Part shown: positions 13,242 through 27,728 of the stretch, in pieces
Position numbering within the stretch: position 1 is the stretch's first letter
How the letters are laid out: every line of letters starts with the position of its first letter
NCBI RefSeq assembly: GCF_001194135.2
Contig: NC_068981.1
Span: 94,235,238 to 94,299,237 of the forward strand
Direction of reading: 5' to 3'
DNA length: 64,000 nt
Origin: Octopus bimaculoides
Taxonomy: Eukaryota
Notes under the pieces: model-generated
What the model was told of the DNA's origin: nothing
Databases searched by the model: none
The model's input: only the letters and a program-made list of their open reading frames with translations
Translations under genes and position numbers: made by a program

Positions 13242-16200
13242 NNNNNNNNNNNNNNNNNNNNNNNNNNNNNNNNNNNNNNNNNNNNNNNNNNNNNNNNNNN
13301 NNNNNNNNNNNNNNNNNNNNNNNNNNNNNNNNNNNNNNNNNNNNNNNNNNNNNNNNNNNNNNNNNNNNNNNNNNNNNNNNNNNNNNNNNNNNNNNNNNNN
13401 NNNNNNNNNNNNNNNNNNNNNNNNNNNNNNNNNNNNNNNNNNNNNNNNNNNNNNNNNNNNNNNNNNNNNNNNNNNNNNNNNNNNNNNCCAGGTTCAGTCC
13501 CACTGTGTGACACCTTGGGCAAGTGTCTTCTACTATAGCCTCGGGCCGACCAAAGCCTTGTGAGTGGATTTGGTAAAAGGAAACTGAAAGAAGCCTGTCG
13601 TATATATGTATGTATGTATGTGTGTGTGTATATGTTTGTGTGTCTCTGTTTGTCCCCCCAACATTGCTTGACAACCGATGCTGGTGTGTTTACGTGCCCG
13701 TAACTTAGCGGTTCGGCTAAAGAGACCGATAGAATAAGTACTAGGCTTCCAAAGAATAAGTTCTGGGGTCGATTAGCTCGACTAAAAGGCGGTGCTCCAG
13801 CATGGCCACAGTCAAATGACTGAAACAAGTAAAAGAGTAAAGAGTATATATATATATCCTCCCCATATATGTATCATATATATCTTATTGTTCTGAGCAT
13901 GTATTTAGCAGAGAGATGTTTCAGTTTCCACACCTTCCTTCCCCAGAATGTCTTTTGTTTCTTAGTCTGTCTAGGTTTTATTCTGAAATCATTCATCAGT
14001 AGCCTCTCATGAGTGTTACATTCTTTACTGAAGAAAGACTTAATGTTTACAAATCTCTGCCTATCCTATTTCCTGGTAAGAATGAAGTTTTTGTCTGGCT
14101 ACCATGTATGTCTGATTGGAAGGGATCAAGTGGCTTGTTAGTTTGCTGAAGTTTGTGTTGCAGTTGGTTAATTCATTTATGTCACAGAAATTCAGCAGTC
14201 TTGATCCCTCTTCGTTCCTAGAACCACATTTTATTATCATCATCGTTTAATGTCCACCTTCCATGCTGGCATGAGTTGAATGGTTTGACAGGAGCTGACC
14301 TGGCATGAGCCTGCACCAGACCTCTGTATCTGTTTTGGAACAGTTTTTACAGCTGGATGTCCTTCCATATACCAACCACCCGGCTGCATGGACAGAGTGC
14401 TTTTTATGTGGCATGGGCACAGGTGAGGTCAGTTTTGGCATAAATTTTGCAGCTAGATGCTTCTCCAAATGCCAACCACTTTTCAGTGTGGACTGGATGC
14501 TTTTCACGTGACCTGAACACTGTTTTTTTTGATACTTGCTCTTTTATCAACTTTCAAATTTACATTATGTAGACACTTTGGAGACAGCATAAATAATTAG
14601 TTTTGCAATTAGAGAGTACTAAGCTTAGTCCTGCTGCACAGCATCTTCAGTGAGTATCCTTTAGCATAGCTTCGAGTTGACCCAAGCTTTGTGAGTAAAA
14701 TTGGGTAGATTGAAACTATGTGGAAGCCTACTGTGTGGATTGTACCTGTAATTCAAAAGCCCATCCTGGTCACATTGTATTGTGTCAGTTCTGCCTCCTG
14801 AGGGTTTTGCTACCTGTACAAATGTGTATGGAATAATCAGTCATTTTCACATTTATTCAATTAATAAATAGAGCTCATTTGTTTGAACAGCTGAACACTT
14901 ATTGTTTGAACTATTAGAGATTCACTGTTACATAGCCATTTTAAGGCAGTCTAAAGCAGGAAGAAATACCAAAAAATAGAAATATTTACTGCTGCTATTG
15001 TTGCTACTACCACTTCTGTTGCTGCAGCTATTTTAGCATTTAAAGCAGGTATTTTAGCATTTGAAGTAGCTATATCAGGTCCAAATATTCTACCTGTTTT
15101 ATGTTCAGACTGGCCAGGTCTAGCCTCTCACACTTATCTTAGAAAGTCATTCTAAAAAAAAAAAAAAAAAAAAAATTTACATTATTGAAATCTTGAATGC
15201 AAAGTTGAATCAAAATACTGTGAAGAAATAAGTGTTAGATTTGATGGAGTAATCTGAATGCCAAAGGGTGAAGAAACAGTTATGTTAAAGAAATGAAGTT
15301 TTCACTTTTCATTCTCAGTGTCATTATTTTGTATCCTCCACCACAAAAAAAAAAAAGAAAAAGAACCCACCTGCCTCAATTTACCCAATGTTCTAACCAA
15401 TGTTGAAAGAGGGCCTGGATAGGAATGGACACAGTATTATTCTCAGGAATATGTTATAAGTTAACCCCAAAACATAATCTTGATGATGTCAAAGTTTCTT
15501 AGTCAGTAAAAATTTTTTTTGGATTGTTTCATGATTTTTTGTGGAAGCTAAATTTTTTTAGTTTTATTTAAACGATATTTGAACATTTTATATCTTACTA
15601 ACATTTGATTAAATTTTCCATATTTTCTATTAAATGTTTTAGATGTATTATGAAATTATTAATGCCTTGCAAGAAGCAACTACTGCAGATTGTTCCATAG
15701 CTGTTGTTACAGGTTTGTAACTGTGTCATCATTATCATTGTCAACATCATTATCATTGTCAACATCATTATCATTATCATCATTTTTATGTTAGCTTTCT
15801 ATGCATGGGTTGGATGGGTTGTCTCTGTCCCAGTCATTTTCTTATTTCGAGTTATTTGCTCTTATAGACTGGTGCTTGTTCAGAGCTTATTTTGGCTTGG
15901 TGTCTATGACTCAATAGCTCTTCCTGTCTCCAATCACTTTATAGAGTATACTGGCTACAGTTTTTTTTGTGGTATGAACATAAGTTGAATAGACCTTGGT
16001 AAGATAGTACTAAAGGGATCTCACAAACCTACACTTTCTCTTCTCAATTTACCAATCACTTTACAATGTGCATTGGGAGCATTTTTTTTTGTGGCACTAG
16101 TACTAGAAAGATTGTCTCTTTCACTAATTACTTGAGGGAAGGCATAGGCAACCTTTCTTGAGTAGTGGGTTGCATGTGACATCGCTCATCACCAAGCAGG

Positions 16201-19200
16201 TTGCATGGCGAACAAAAAAAAAACATTTTCTGTTAGGCATGCCTTTCAGAAAGTTCTGTGGGCTGCAGTTTGCCTACAGCTGCTCTAGGAGTACAGAGAT
16301 GGCACTTTCCATTATGACACCAGAACAGTAATGTGTATGTGAGTTGGAGGATAGGTGTCTACAGTAACTATAGAGAGTACTCAGTAATCTGTATAGATTG
16401 AAGAAGGGAGTAGGAGAAAAAGTAATGATAGTAATGAAATAAGCTGGTGGGAGGAGTGAGAGTGTAAATGTAGAGGGTGCTCAATCATCTAGGGCGTATA
16501 CTTTTGCTCAGGTGACTGAGGAGGGGAATAGGAGAGAGAGAGGACAATGATCAGCAGAAAGATCCAAATGGTTGGGTGGAAGGAGCAAGAGTATGATGGA
16601 GAAGGCAGACTCATTTCGAGTGGAGTCAAGAAAGAAATATGGGCAAGTAACAGAGGTGGACAAAGACAAGGGAGGTGATGAGATAAAGGTAAGAGTAGGT
16701 GATCAGTGACGACTGAAGTGGATCAGAGGGTAGAGAGTATTGATTGGCAGTATTTCTATACTGCCACGTTAGAGTGTGTAGGGTGCAGTTTGATACAGTT
16801 CCTTATGCTTAGGCCTAGCATAGGGTGAGTGTCAGAGTGAGGAGGATGATGTGATAGCTACATGTGGTGTGTGTGTATATGTATGTGCATGTTTGTTACA
16901 CCCCCATCCCCCCCACACGCTAAGAGAATGGAAAGGGATTCTGGTCTCTGTGGCTGAAGAGGAGATAACCACTCTGAAGTGATGCTCTGAGCTGACGCGG
17001 TGCATTTACACCTATTTGTCAACAGCAAGAAACTTTCTCCATGACAAAATATCAGGTTGAGTAAAAAATAAGCAATATTTTGAACATTGAAGAATTTGTA
17101 CTGGATTTTTGTAGAGTTTTGAATTTTTTTTTAAACATTTTTTGCAAGTGTCTGATAATACAGACAAAGACTTGTCCAAATGCATCAATAAATTAACATT
17201 GATATTTTTTTCACCGTTGTTACAATCATCTGAAATAGAACTGTCAAAGCTTGATATTCGAGCAGTTTTGCTATTCAACTTTAAAAATGGATGTAAAGCA
17301 GCTGAAACTGCTTGCAATATCAATGAAACATTTGGTGAGGAAATGACCAGTGAGTGGTCAGCTCATAATTGGTTTAAATGATTTCGCAGTGGAGACTTGA
17401 GCCTTGAAGATCGTGAGCATAGTGGACGCCCATCTGTCATTGATGACAGTTAATTAAAGACCATCATTGAGAAAGATCCATGTAAAACCACTCAAGAACT
17501 GGCAAAAGAACTTCAAGTTAACCAGAAAACTGCCTGCAACCATTTGCATGTAAATGGAAAATCAAAAAAGCTTGCCAAATGGGTACCACATGATTTGAAT
17601 GAAAATCAGAAAATGCGCAGATATGAAATTTGCTTATTGCTTCTTCAATGTAACCAGATCAATCCATTTCTTGATCAAATTGTAACTTGTGATGGAAAGT
17701 AGATTCTGTATAATAATAAAAAACCGTCCAACACCAAAATGAAGCACTGAAAACCTTCCCTAAACCTGAGCTCTTCAAAAAGAAGCTTATGGTGACTGGT
17801 TGTGTACTGCTGGACTCATCCACTATAACCTCTTAAAATACAGAAAAACCATTACTGCAGAAACATATTGCCATAGAATTTGCCAAAATGAACAAAAAAC
17901 TGCTACTCCTCCATCCCAGACTGGTCAGCAGAAGATAGCCAGTCATTCTTCATGACAATGCTTGACCATACATTTCACTAATGATACTCCAGAAGTTTAG
18001 AGAACTTGGATATGAAGTTCTTCCCCACCCAGATTATTCCCCAGACTTTCCTCCTACCGACTACTCCCTTTTCAAGCACCTCGATTTCCTGCGAGAGAAG
18101 GAATTCAAAAATCAAACCAATGCTGAAAGTGCATTCAAAGAGTTCATAGTTCCAGAACTTCAGATTTTCATGATTACCAGAATAAACAAACTTGTAACAT
18201 GTTGGCAAAAATGTGTTGATTGTAATGGAACTTACTTTGATGAATAAAATTTCTGCATTATTGAAATGTATTGTGATGAATTTCATGTTTCAAAACGTTG
18301 CTTACTTTTTACTCAGCCTGATACATAGAATGACTTTCTTATGGGTTCGAATATGCTTCAAACATATTTGAAATGGTAACATGTTTGACTTTATACACAC
18401 CACTGCCTTATGCTGTCACCCCACCCTTTAACAAGGTATTATTGAGTTAACTGTTTGATGCAATATCTATGTAATAGTGGAGGATTTTGCTTGCAATTTC
18501 TTATTTAGCTGTTGTGTCTGATTGATTTAACAAGATTTCATTTGGAATTCTAAAATTACTTTCATTCTTTTTCTTACTCTGACTAGGCGCTGGTGAATAC
18601 TACTGTAGCGGTAATGACCTCAATAACTTTGCTAATGTCGCACCTGAAAACATTTCTGCTATGGCTGAAAATGCTTCTGTAATCCTAGGGTGAGTTAACA
18701 GTTTTAATATTTGGTATACCAATGGTAGCTATAAAGCAAGAGGTGAGCTACTTGCAGGTGGCATGTAAAAAGCACCCAGCACACTCTGTAAAGTGGTTGG
18801 TGTTAGGAAGGGCATCCAGCCCGTGGAAACCATGTTGCAACAGACATTTGGAGTCTGGACAGCTTCCCCGCTAGCCAACTCCTGTCAAACCATCCAACCC
18901 ATGCCAGAATGAAAAATGGACATTAGACGACAACGACAACGTTATGAAACCCATTTTATTGATTGGAGATTGTTTACAAATATGTTGGTGGGAAGGAAAA
19001 GAAAAACAAGATGTGTTTATTACATTACTGCAGTACTCTCTTTTGAGAAATCGATTTTGTTTTGAAAACTATGAACATAAGTGGGTTGTGGAAGTCGCCT
19101 TGTTTTCATATACTGACATAAAAAATGTTTTTTGTTTCATGCTGGCATGAGTTTGATGGTTTGATAGAAGCTGGCTAAGTAGAAGACTGCACCAGGCTTC

Positions 19201-21563
19201 ATTGTCTGTTTTGGTAGGGTTTTTATGGGTGGTTGCCCTTCCTAACCCCCTTACAGATTGGAGTGAATGCTTTTTATGTGGAACCAGCATTGGCAAAGTT
19301 TATTTTGGCATGGTTTTTGCGGCTGGATACTCTTTCAAAAACCAACCACTTTCCAGTGTGGACTGGATGAACCAGCACTGGCAGGGTCACCAAGTAACTT
19401 GTAAGACAAAGACTTGGAGAGGCAGGGCATTAGAAGAAGTGGCCTTGTGTCAGGTGATGAGAGTGTCACAGAGGGATAAAAACAGGTGTCTTGCTGTAGA
19501 GGAGATATATGGTTACCCAATCAGAGAATGAGAGCAAGAGAGAGAGAGAAAGGGAGAAAGGGAGAGAGAGAGAAAGGGAGAAAGAGTGAGAGAGAGAAGC
19601 TTCTTTCAGTTTCCATCTATCAAATCCATTCACAAGGCTTTGGTCAGCCAGTGGCTATAGTAGAAAACACTTGCCCGAGGTGCCACGCGGTGGGACTGAA
19701 CCCAGAACTGTGTGGCTGGGATGCAAGTTCTTACCACACAGCCATGTCTGAGTAGAATTAACAAATATATTGCCAGTGATCTGGCACAAAACCCAATCTT
19801 TAATGGTGTAATAATACCAATAGAAAAGCAAATTGCTCTGCAATTACAGAAGACTGATTCTTGTTGGGGTGTTTGTTGAAGTTTTTATTGAAGTGTTTGT
19901 TGTGTTCTACTTTAGATGCTGTTGGTTGTTGAATTTGTTACAAAAGTCATTTGTAAGGTCACAAAGTGAAACACTTCAAAAAGGGAGTAATTAGATTGAA
20001 ATTTCTCCATGTTTTTTTTTCCTTTTAGAAACATTGTATTTCTAACCTGACATTACTGTAATACAAGCATTTGTCTTGTTTCTTTTCTAGAAAATTTGTT
20101 GGTGCAATCATTGATTTTCCCAAACCTCTAATTGCTTTGGTAAATGGTCCAGCTGTTGGGATTTCAGTTACAGCGCTTGGTTTGTTTGATGCTGTTTATG
20201 CCTCAGATAAGGTTGGTTTGATTGATTACCTATTCTATCATTCCTTCTTTTCTTCCTTCCTTTCTTTTTTCATTCCTTATTTCCTTCTTTCTGTACAATT
20301 GTCATAAAGTCTATTTTCCCACACTAATATGAGTTGTGTAGATTGCCATATTGCATATGACTGTTCAGTTTACTGTTTTTGCCATCTCTTCTAGGAATTC
20401 CAACATCCTTAGATATTCCTTTCATGCAAGTGCCTCCCACAAAACACTTTTTCATGTCACATTCATCATCCATTTGCATCTCATGTCCTTATCAACACAG
20501 CTGTCTTCCCCTACAAACTTTGGCTGCTACACTTAACCCTTTAGCATTTAAAGGGTTAAATGCAGCCCAAATATTCTACCTGGTTTATGTTCAAACCAGA
20601 CAGATCTGGCCTCTCATCTACTCTACAATATTATTTTAAAAATAAAAATCACATCTTTGAAATTTCAATACAGGATTAATTTTTTAAAATGTGAATAAAT
20701 AAATATTACATTTGAGAGAGTAATCTGAATGCTAAAAGGTTAAAAACACAGTGGTTACACTGTCTCAGTTTGTACTTTATTCTTTATGCAAGCTAACATT
20801 CTATGGCTAATGAATCATGTTCACCTCATTTCATTGTGGCTGCCTTAAATCTCCCACTTCCACTGTTTATGTCACAGAATATGTTTGCATTATACTTTTT
20901 ACACACTATTCTTACACTATCTTTTGTACAGAGAGTAAAGCCTTTTGTTTCTACTAGAGGTTACACCTCTCTGAACTTCATTCACTTCTTTCTTTCTCTA
21001 GTTATTATGGTCTTCCATTGAAGTCATTTCAGCATTTATTAAATCACCTATTTGACAGAAAAACTTTGTCTAGTGAACCATTCATGCTTTTTCTCTTAGC
21101 TACAAAGCCCTGGTTCTCTGTCAACCTACCAAAGATTCTACACCTACTTGTGCACTAAACTTCTCTTCCCCAGCCTCGACTTTGCTAATGTTTCTAGGTA
21201 TATCTTACTTTTGTATGTGGTTTGGGTGGTTCCTTTACACCTAGTATCTTTAGTGCCACCAGACTATGTGCATAAAGCCCTTGTCAAATGCTGTCTCTAG
21301 ATTAACAACTGCAAATTAGAGTGCTTTATTCTCTTATACTTACTTCACTACATCTTTTAAAGTACATATTAAATTATCTCAGAGCAAATTAAAATAATCT
21401 TGAAGCAAATTAGAATGATCAGACAAGTCTAATATATGTTTTGACACACACCTCATCTTAAGCACCACAATTTTAGTCGATGTAAGCAAGATAATCACTG
21501 AGGGTGCACAACAATATCTTGAAAGCTATGGCTTTATATTTGTGTAAATTAAAGAAAGAAGAA

Positions 21564-21614
<51 letters not shown>

Positions 21615-24600
21615 NNNNNNNNNNNNNNNNNNNNNNNNNNNNNNNNNNNNNNNNNNNNNNNNNNNNNNNNNNNNNNNNNNNNNNNNNNNNNNNNNNNNNN
21701 NNNNNNNNNNNNNNNNNNNNNNNNNNNNNNNNNNNNNNNNNNNNNNNNNNNNNNNNNNNNNNNNNNNNNNNNNNNNNNNNNNNNNNNNNNNNNNNNNNNN
21801 NNNNNNNNNNNNNNNNNNNNNNNNNNNNNNNNNNNNNNNNNNNNNNNNNNNNNNNNNNNNNNNNNNNNNNNNNNNNNNNNNNNNNNNNNNNNNATATATA
21901 CATACATATATATATAAAACAAGTTTAAAATAATGTTTTTACATATCTTTCTTTATTGGAGCAAATTTGGCTTACAGCTGTTTCCAGTAGTCATTATAGG
22001 TACGTTACTGATAGGTTTACTCAATTGGTCTATTGATCAGTTGAGAAAAATTGAATGACCTAAAAAAATTAATGCTACTTTTGTCAGAGCCATTTCTGGT
22101 TATATATCACTCTGTGTAAAAACCAGTTTGTCTGGAGCCCATCCATGGATTTACAATATAGAATTGTGATGAACCATAACCTTGGACCCTGCCATAAGAA
22201 TACCTGGAGTTCTTCACTAATCTAAATGATATTGTTAACCTGGTGTACTAACAGAGAGCTTATGAAGTATTTTTCTCAGATTAATAGCCCCTCTCTATTT
22301 GCTGCACGTGCGCATGCACACACACACACGTATGTATATATAACATAAAGGAATGGGGATTTCAAACTAAATTTGGCTAACTATATTGGCCGCAGGCAAA
22401 TGACTGAAACAAGTAAAAGAGTAAAAGAGTTTACAATATATAAGATGTAGACATGTGTATCTCTTATGCAAGTATGTTAGTATTCTTAGATGCAATGGTT
22501 CTGTACAACTAATTTATTCTTATGAAATCTATTTAATATGTATTGATTAGTTGTACAGAACCATCACATCTAATGATCCTAAAATGCTTGTCTAACAGAA
22601 ACGTGTGTCAACATCTTATATTTGTATATGTGTATAAACATTACCTCTATTTTCTTCGTATTACTGGACTCCATGTGTGCTGCTTCCTTAGAAATATTTA
22701 TTGCTTTTAGGCATATATCATTACTTCTGCTGTACTTTAAATTTTAAAGAACATTTAGATGTTCTAAACATGATTATTGTAATACAAGAAAACAAACTTC
22801 AAATGGCTGCTGAATCCCTGATTTTGTGGACAATATTCTGGTGTCCTCTCTCAACATTTTCTGCTGCTACTATAATGGTGTCTGTTCTTTGGACCTGGCT
22901 GGACTCATATTACCACCACTCAAGCAATCTAATCCCATTGGTCGCTCCTCCTCTTAACAACCTTGTGTGTTCATTCCCATGCACTAGGTCAATCATTAAT
23001 CATTTTGCCTAGTCATTTCTTCCCAGAATGTCATGCCCCTCTAATTCCCTTCTTCTTTATGTCTTTCCTGCAAGAGTTGAAGTGTGAAGAGTCAACGTGT
23101 GATTAAGGTATTCAACTCATGATCATAAGGTCATGATTTCTGCTAGCATGCTGTGTCCTTGAGCAAGACACTTTATTTCACATTGCTCCAGTCCATTCAG
23201 CTGGCAAAAATGAGTAGTACCTGTTTTTTCAAAGGGCCATCCTTATTACATTGTGTGTCACACTGAATCTCCCTGAGAACTACATTAAGAATACACATGT
23301 CTGTGGAGTGCTCAGCCACTTGCATGTTAATTTCATAAGTAGGCTGTTCCATTGATTGGATCAACTGGAACCCTCATTGTCATAACTGATGGAGTGCTAG
23401 GGGCAAGACTTGAATTGCTACTGTTCAAGTAGTATATTAATGGCACCAATCTCACTTGTCTTGGAGAGTCTGCTAAGGCCATAAGCACCACCTTTCTTCT
23501 GGGCCAGTGGTTCTCAACTGGGGTCCTTGTGATCCTTGGAAGTCCATGTAAGATTTTGTTGTTAAAATTTATGAGCAATAAGTTGCTTTAACTTCTACAA
23601 TGCACAAAATTCGCCCTGCATTGAGTACTGCCGTCACATATGAGCAGGTGCTCCTGTGAATTGTTTAACTCTACTGGACTGCATTCAACACTGTATTTGT
23701 AATGCTATCAGTCATTGTCACTCTCTCATTGTCATCGTGTAGCTTCCTTGTCTCTTTTCTATAAGTATTTTCATGGACATTATTCAGCTGAGCTCTCTTC
23801 TCTGGTTCCTCCTTTAAGAACTTATCAGTGACCAACTAGACTTGCATCCAGTTCTCATCAGTATACTGTGCAACCTCCTAAGTGTCATAAAGTACTTTAC
23901 AGTACCAGTTTCTTCCCTCGTACCTCTGAACTTTGGAATTCCCTTCCTTAGTCTTGTTTTCCTCTTCAATATGACCTTCAGTCTTTTCAGTCTAATGTAC
24001 ATCGTCACCTAATTACTTCCGTCTAGCGTCCATTTTATTCTAGTAGCTTTTACATTTTAAGTGGTCTAAGGACCTTGTAACAAGCGAATGCTTTAAAAAA
24101 AAGAAAAGATGCAATTCCTAATAATGTTTAGTGAAGGTGCATAGCTTAGCGGTTAGAGCATCATGCTCACAATCATAAGGTAGTGAGTTCAGTTCCTGGA
24201 CCGGACTGTGTCTTGTGTTCTTGAATAAGACACTTTATTTCACGTTGCTCCAGTTCACTCAGCTGTAGAAATGAGTTGCGATGTCACAGGTTCCAAGCTG
24301 TATCGACCTTTGCCTTTCCCTTGGATAATATTGGTGGTATGGAGAAGGGAGGCTGGTATGCATGGGTGACTGCTGGTCTTCCATACACAAACTTTCCCAG
24401 ACTTGTACCTCAGAGGGTAACTTTCTAGGTGCAATCCCATGGTCATTCATGACCAAAGAGGGTCTTTACCCATTACCCAATAATATTTAATTATAAAAAT
24501 ATAACAGAATTTATTTTTTTAACATGGGTGTCCAGTGGAGCAAAATAGGAATCAAAAGGGTCCATAGGCAAAATATGGTTGAGAATCTCTGCTCTAGACT

Positions 24601-27600
24601 CAGCAAGTTAAAAAAAAAAAAAGCAATTGTACTCTATCCTCACATTTACTTTTTATAGCCACTGCCATGCTTTTATTTTTTTTATTCATTTCACTCATTA
24701 GACTGTGGCCATGCTGGGACATGGCCTTGAAGGCTTTAGTTGGACAATGAAATAGGTACTAGGCTTAAAAAGAAAAGTACTGGGATTGGTCTTTTTTTGC
24801 TGAACTGGTAAGCTATGGGGATATAAACAAACCAATACTGGTTGTGAAGTAGTGGTGTGGGAATAAACACACACACACACACACACACACACTGGGCTTC
24901 TTTCAGTTTCTGTCAGCCAAATCCACTCACATGGCTTTGGTTGGCTTATGCTTATGGGTGTTTGATGATAACATTAACTATAGACATGTATTTGTCTGTG
25001 CTCTGCTTAGAATATCTTACTTTTAGTTATAAAAGTATTAATAATCATTTCATATATCTTCTTTTATCTTTAAATCATTTCACTCATTGGACTGCTGCTA
25101 TGCTGGGGTACTATCTTAAAGGATTTAGATCAGAAGTTCTCAACTGGGGTCCATATGGCCCCTAATGGTCCATATAAGATTTTTGGAGGTCCACATAACA
25201 AAATAGTAAATTGTGGATCCACAATAATATTTTAAGGGCTCTTGAAAAAAATTTGCTTTAGATGTATGTATTGGTATTATTGTAAGAACAGATAGGTTTC
25301 TTTCTCCAACATTTTACATAGTTCAACCTACACAAGTTAATATATGAAAAACAAAATAGGAATTTTGAAAGAGGTTTCTATAAGANNNNNNNNNNNNNNN
25401 NNNNNNNNNNNNNNNNNNNNNNNNNNNNNNNNNNNNNNNNNNNNNNNNNNNNNNNNNNNNNNNNNNNNNNNNNNNNNNNNNNNNNNNNNNNNACCAGAAT
25501 AGAATAGTAACCAACGGGGTCCATAAATAAAAAAATGGTTGAGAAGCTCTGGTTTAGATGAACAAATTGATTCCAGTACGTATTTTTATAAGTTTGGTAT
25601 TTTATTCTGCTGGTCTCTTTTGCAGAACCACTGAGTTACAGGGCTGTAAACAAACCAACACTGGTTGTCAAGCAGTGAAGGCTGGGGGTGGCACAAATGC
25701 AAAGGCACACACAAATGTATATGACAGGCTTGCACACAATTTCTGCCTGCCAGATTCACTCACAAGACTTTAGTTGGCCCACAGCTATAGTAGAAGACAC
25801 TTGCTCAGGGTACTGAAACCACATATAGTTGTAAAGCAGACTTCTTAATTTCACAGCCATGTCTGCACTTGTAAATATGAATATAAATAATGATTTCAGT
25901 ATTAATTTTTAAGGCAGTGAGTTGGCAGAATTGTTACTGTGCCAGGTAAAATGCTTAGTGGCATTTCGTTCATCTTTATGTTCTGAGTTCAAATTCTAGC
26001 AGGGTCAATTTTGCCTCTCATCCTTTTGGGGTCGATAAAATAAGTACCAGCTCAGTCCTGGGGTTGATGTAATTTACTTACCTACCTTTTACCTCGAAAT
26101 TGCTGGCCTTGTGTCAAAATCTGAAACCAATATTGGTATTTATTTTGTATAATTCAGAATCCCTGTATGGGAAACCTTCTTGTATTATATTAGTAATGGT
26201 ACATAAAATCTGGTTTTTCAGGCAACATTCCACACTCCATTTTCATCTCTAGGCCAGTCACCTGAAGGATGTTCTTCATATGTATTTCCAAAGATCATGG
26301 GAACAGCAAAGGTAAGTTCATTTTGTATTATTTATACTATATGATTCAGCTTAGTGTCCTCTATTAATCCTCTTTATATTGAAGCACCTACACCACTACA
26401 ACAGAAAAATTTGATCTCCTATATTGTAATGTCAGTGTATTTATTTTCTTCTCTTTGTCTATCACCGCCAACAAGAACACCATCATCACCACTGTTGTTG
26501 CTGCTACCACAACTGTTACTATCATTGTCACCATCATTGTTTTAACATTTTTTGCACCCAATGGTGCATCATGTATCTACATAACAGCAAAATGCCATTC
26601 TTTATTTTCTTTGAAGTAAATTAATTGTAAAACCAAATTTTTATTTATAGCCTTACATTTGGCAAAGATGCTGCTGTCTTTAGTATTTTATCATTTGACT
26701 ATTATACAGAAGTAAAACTTTCTTTTTATCTTTACCTTTTCCACTTGGTTGTTTTCTGAGAAATGGTTTTGAGTTTAACATGCTCCACTGCTGACTAATG
26801 AAATCAGGAGTTCAAATATTGTATAAGGTATTGCTGAAACAGGATGAAAATGTTGCAATGAAGCTTGTTGCATTAAACATCATTACACGCTAGGATTTAG
26901 AACTTAACTTTGATGTTAAATATGTCAAAGGAATCAGGTATTTTTGAGAGCTTGGTCACAATTTTGTAGCAGAGCATATATGATATGCAGACTAACCAAT
27001 CAGAAGAAAATTAACAGATAGAACTGGTGAGCAGAAGAAGACTGAAAGTGGAGACTGGTTAAAAGAAGCAAAAGAGTTACAGGGCTATACTGCTGTCTTA
27101 ATAAAAAAAGGGAACTTCACTTTTAATTAGCATGCAATTTCTAGGAAAAGGGATTGTTAGAACCAGAATGCCTATTGATCCTAGGTCTGTTAGGTTATGG
27201 CTGATCTGGTACTAATCAACGAGCAGCCTTCTGGTTGCTGGTTAAAATATAACAAGTCATTATCACTACAAAAGTCTTTATCATAAAAAGATGTTTGAAG
27301 TTGTTTTGGAACATATATGAAGCATTGAATCTTATTTCATATGTATACTATTTATTAAATTTTGCAGGCATCTGAGATACTTTTATTTAATAAGAAGTTA
27401 ACGGCTAAAGAAGCATTTGAACGGAATTTGGTGACTGAAGTTATACCCCATGGCTCATTTGTTGAGGAAACAGAAGCAAAGATGAAATTATTTGCTTCTT
27501 TTCCTCCTCAGGTAAATACTTCTTTGGCAATAGATTTTTCTTCTTTTTGTTTAATTTAGTAGAAGCACTAATACTGAACTTACATCATGCTAATGTGTTA

Positions 27601-27690
27601 AACCAATAACCATATACTGTAGTTCTTAGTTAAAAATTAAAACTTTGTCCATTTAAAAAAATTCCTTTCCACAAATATGTACAACCAGGA

Positions 27691-27728
<38 letters not shown>

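Larger units (their letters stand above)
23505..24591. mobile_element. hAT-type MITE interrupted by nested CR1 LINE and SINE insertions
   Basis: cagtggttctcaac ... gttgagaatctctg termini; flanks ttctgggc / ctctagac (decayed 8-bp TSD). Confidence 0.6.

Noticed and set aside
13131-13828. Long ORFs in the supplied track around 13.1-13.8k, 21.5k, 29.8k, 50k, 54.1-54.7k and 60.4k
   Set aside because: They are open only because they cross N gaps and (TA)n/(TG)n runs
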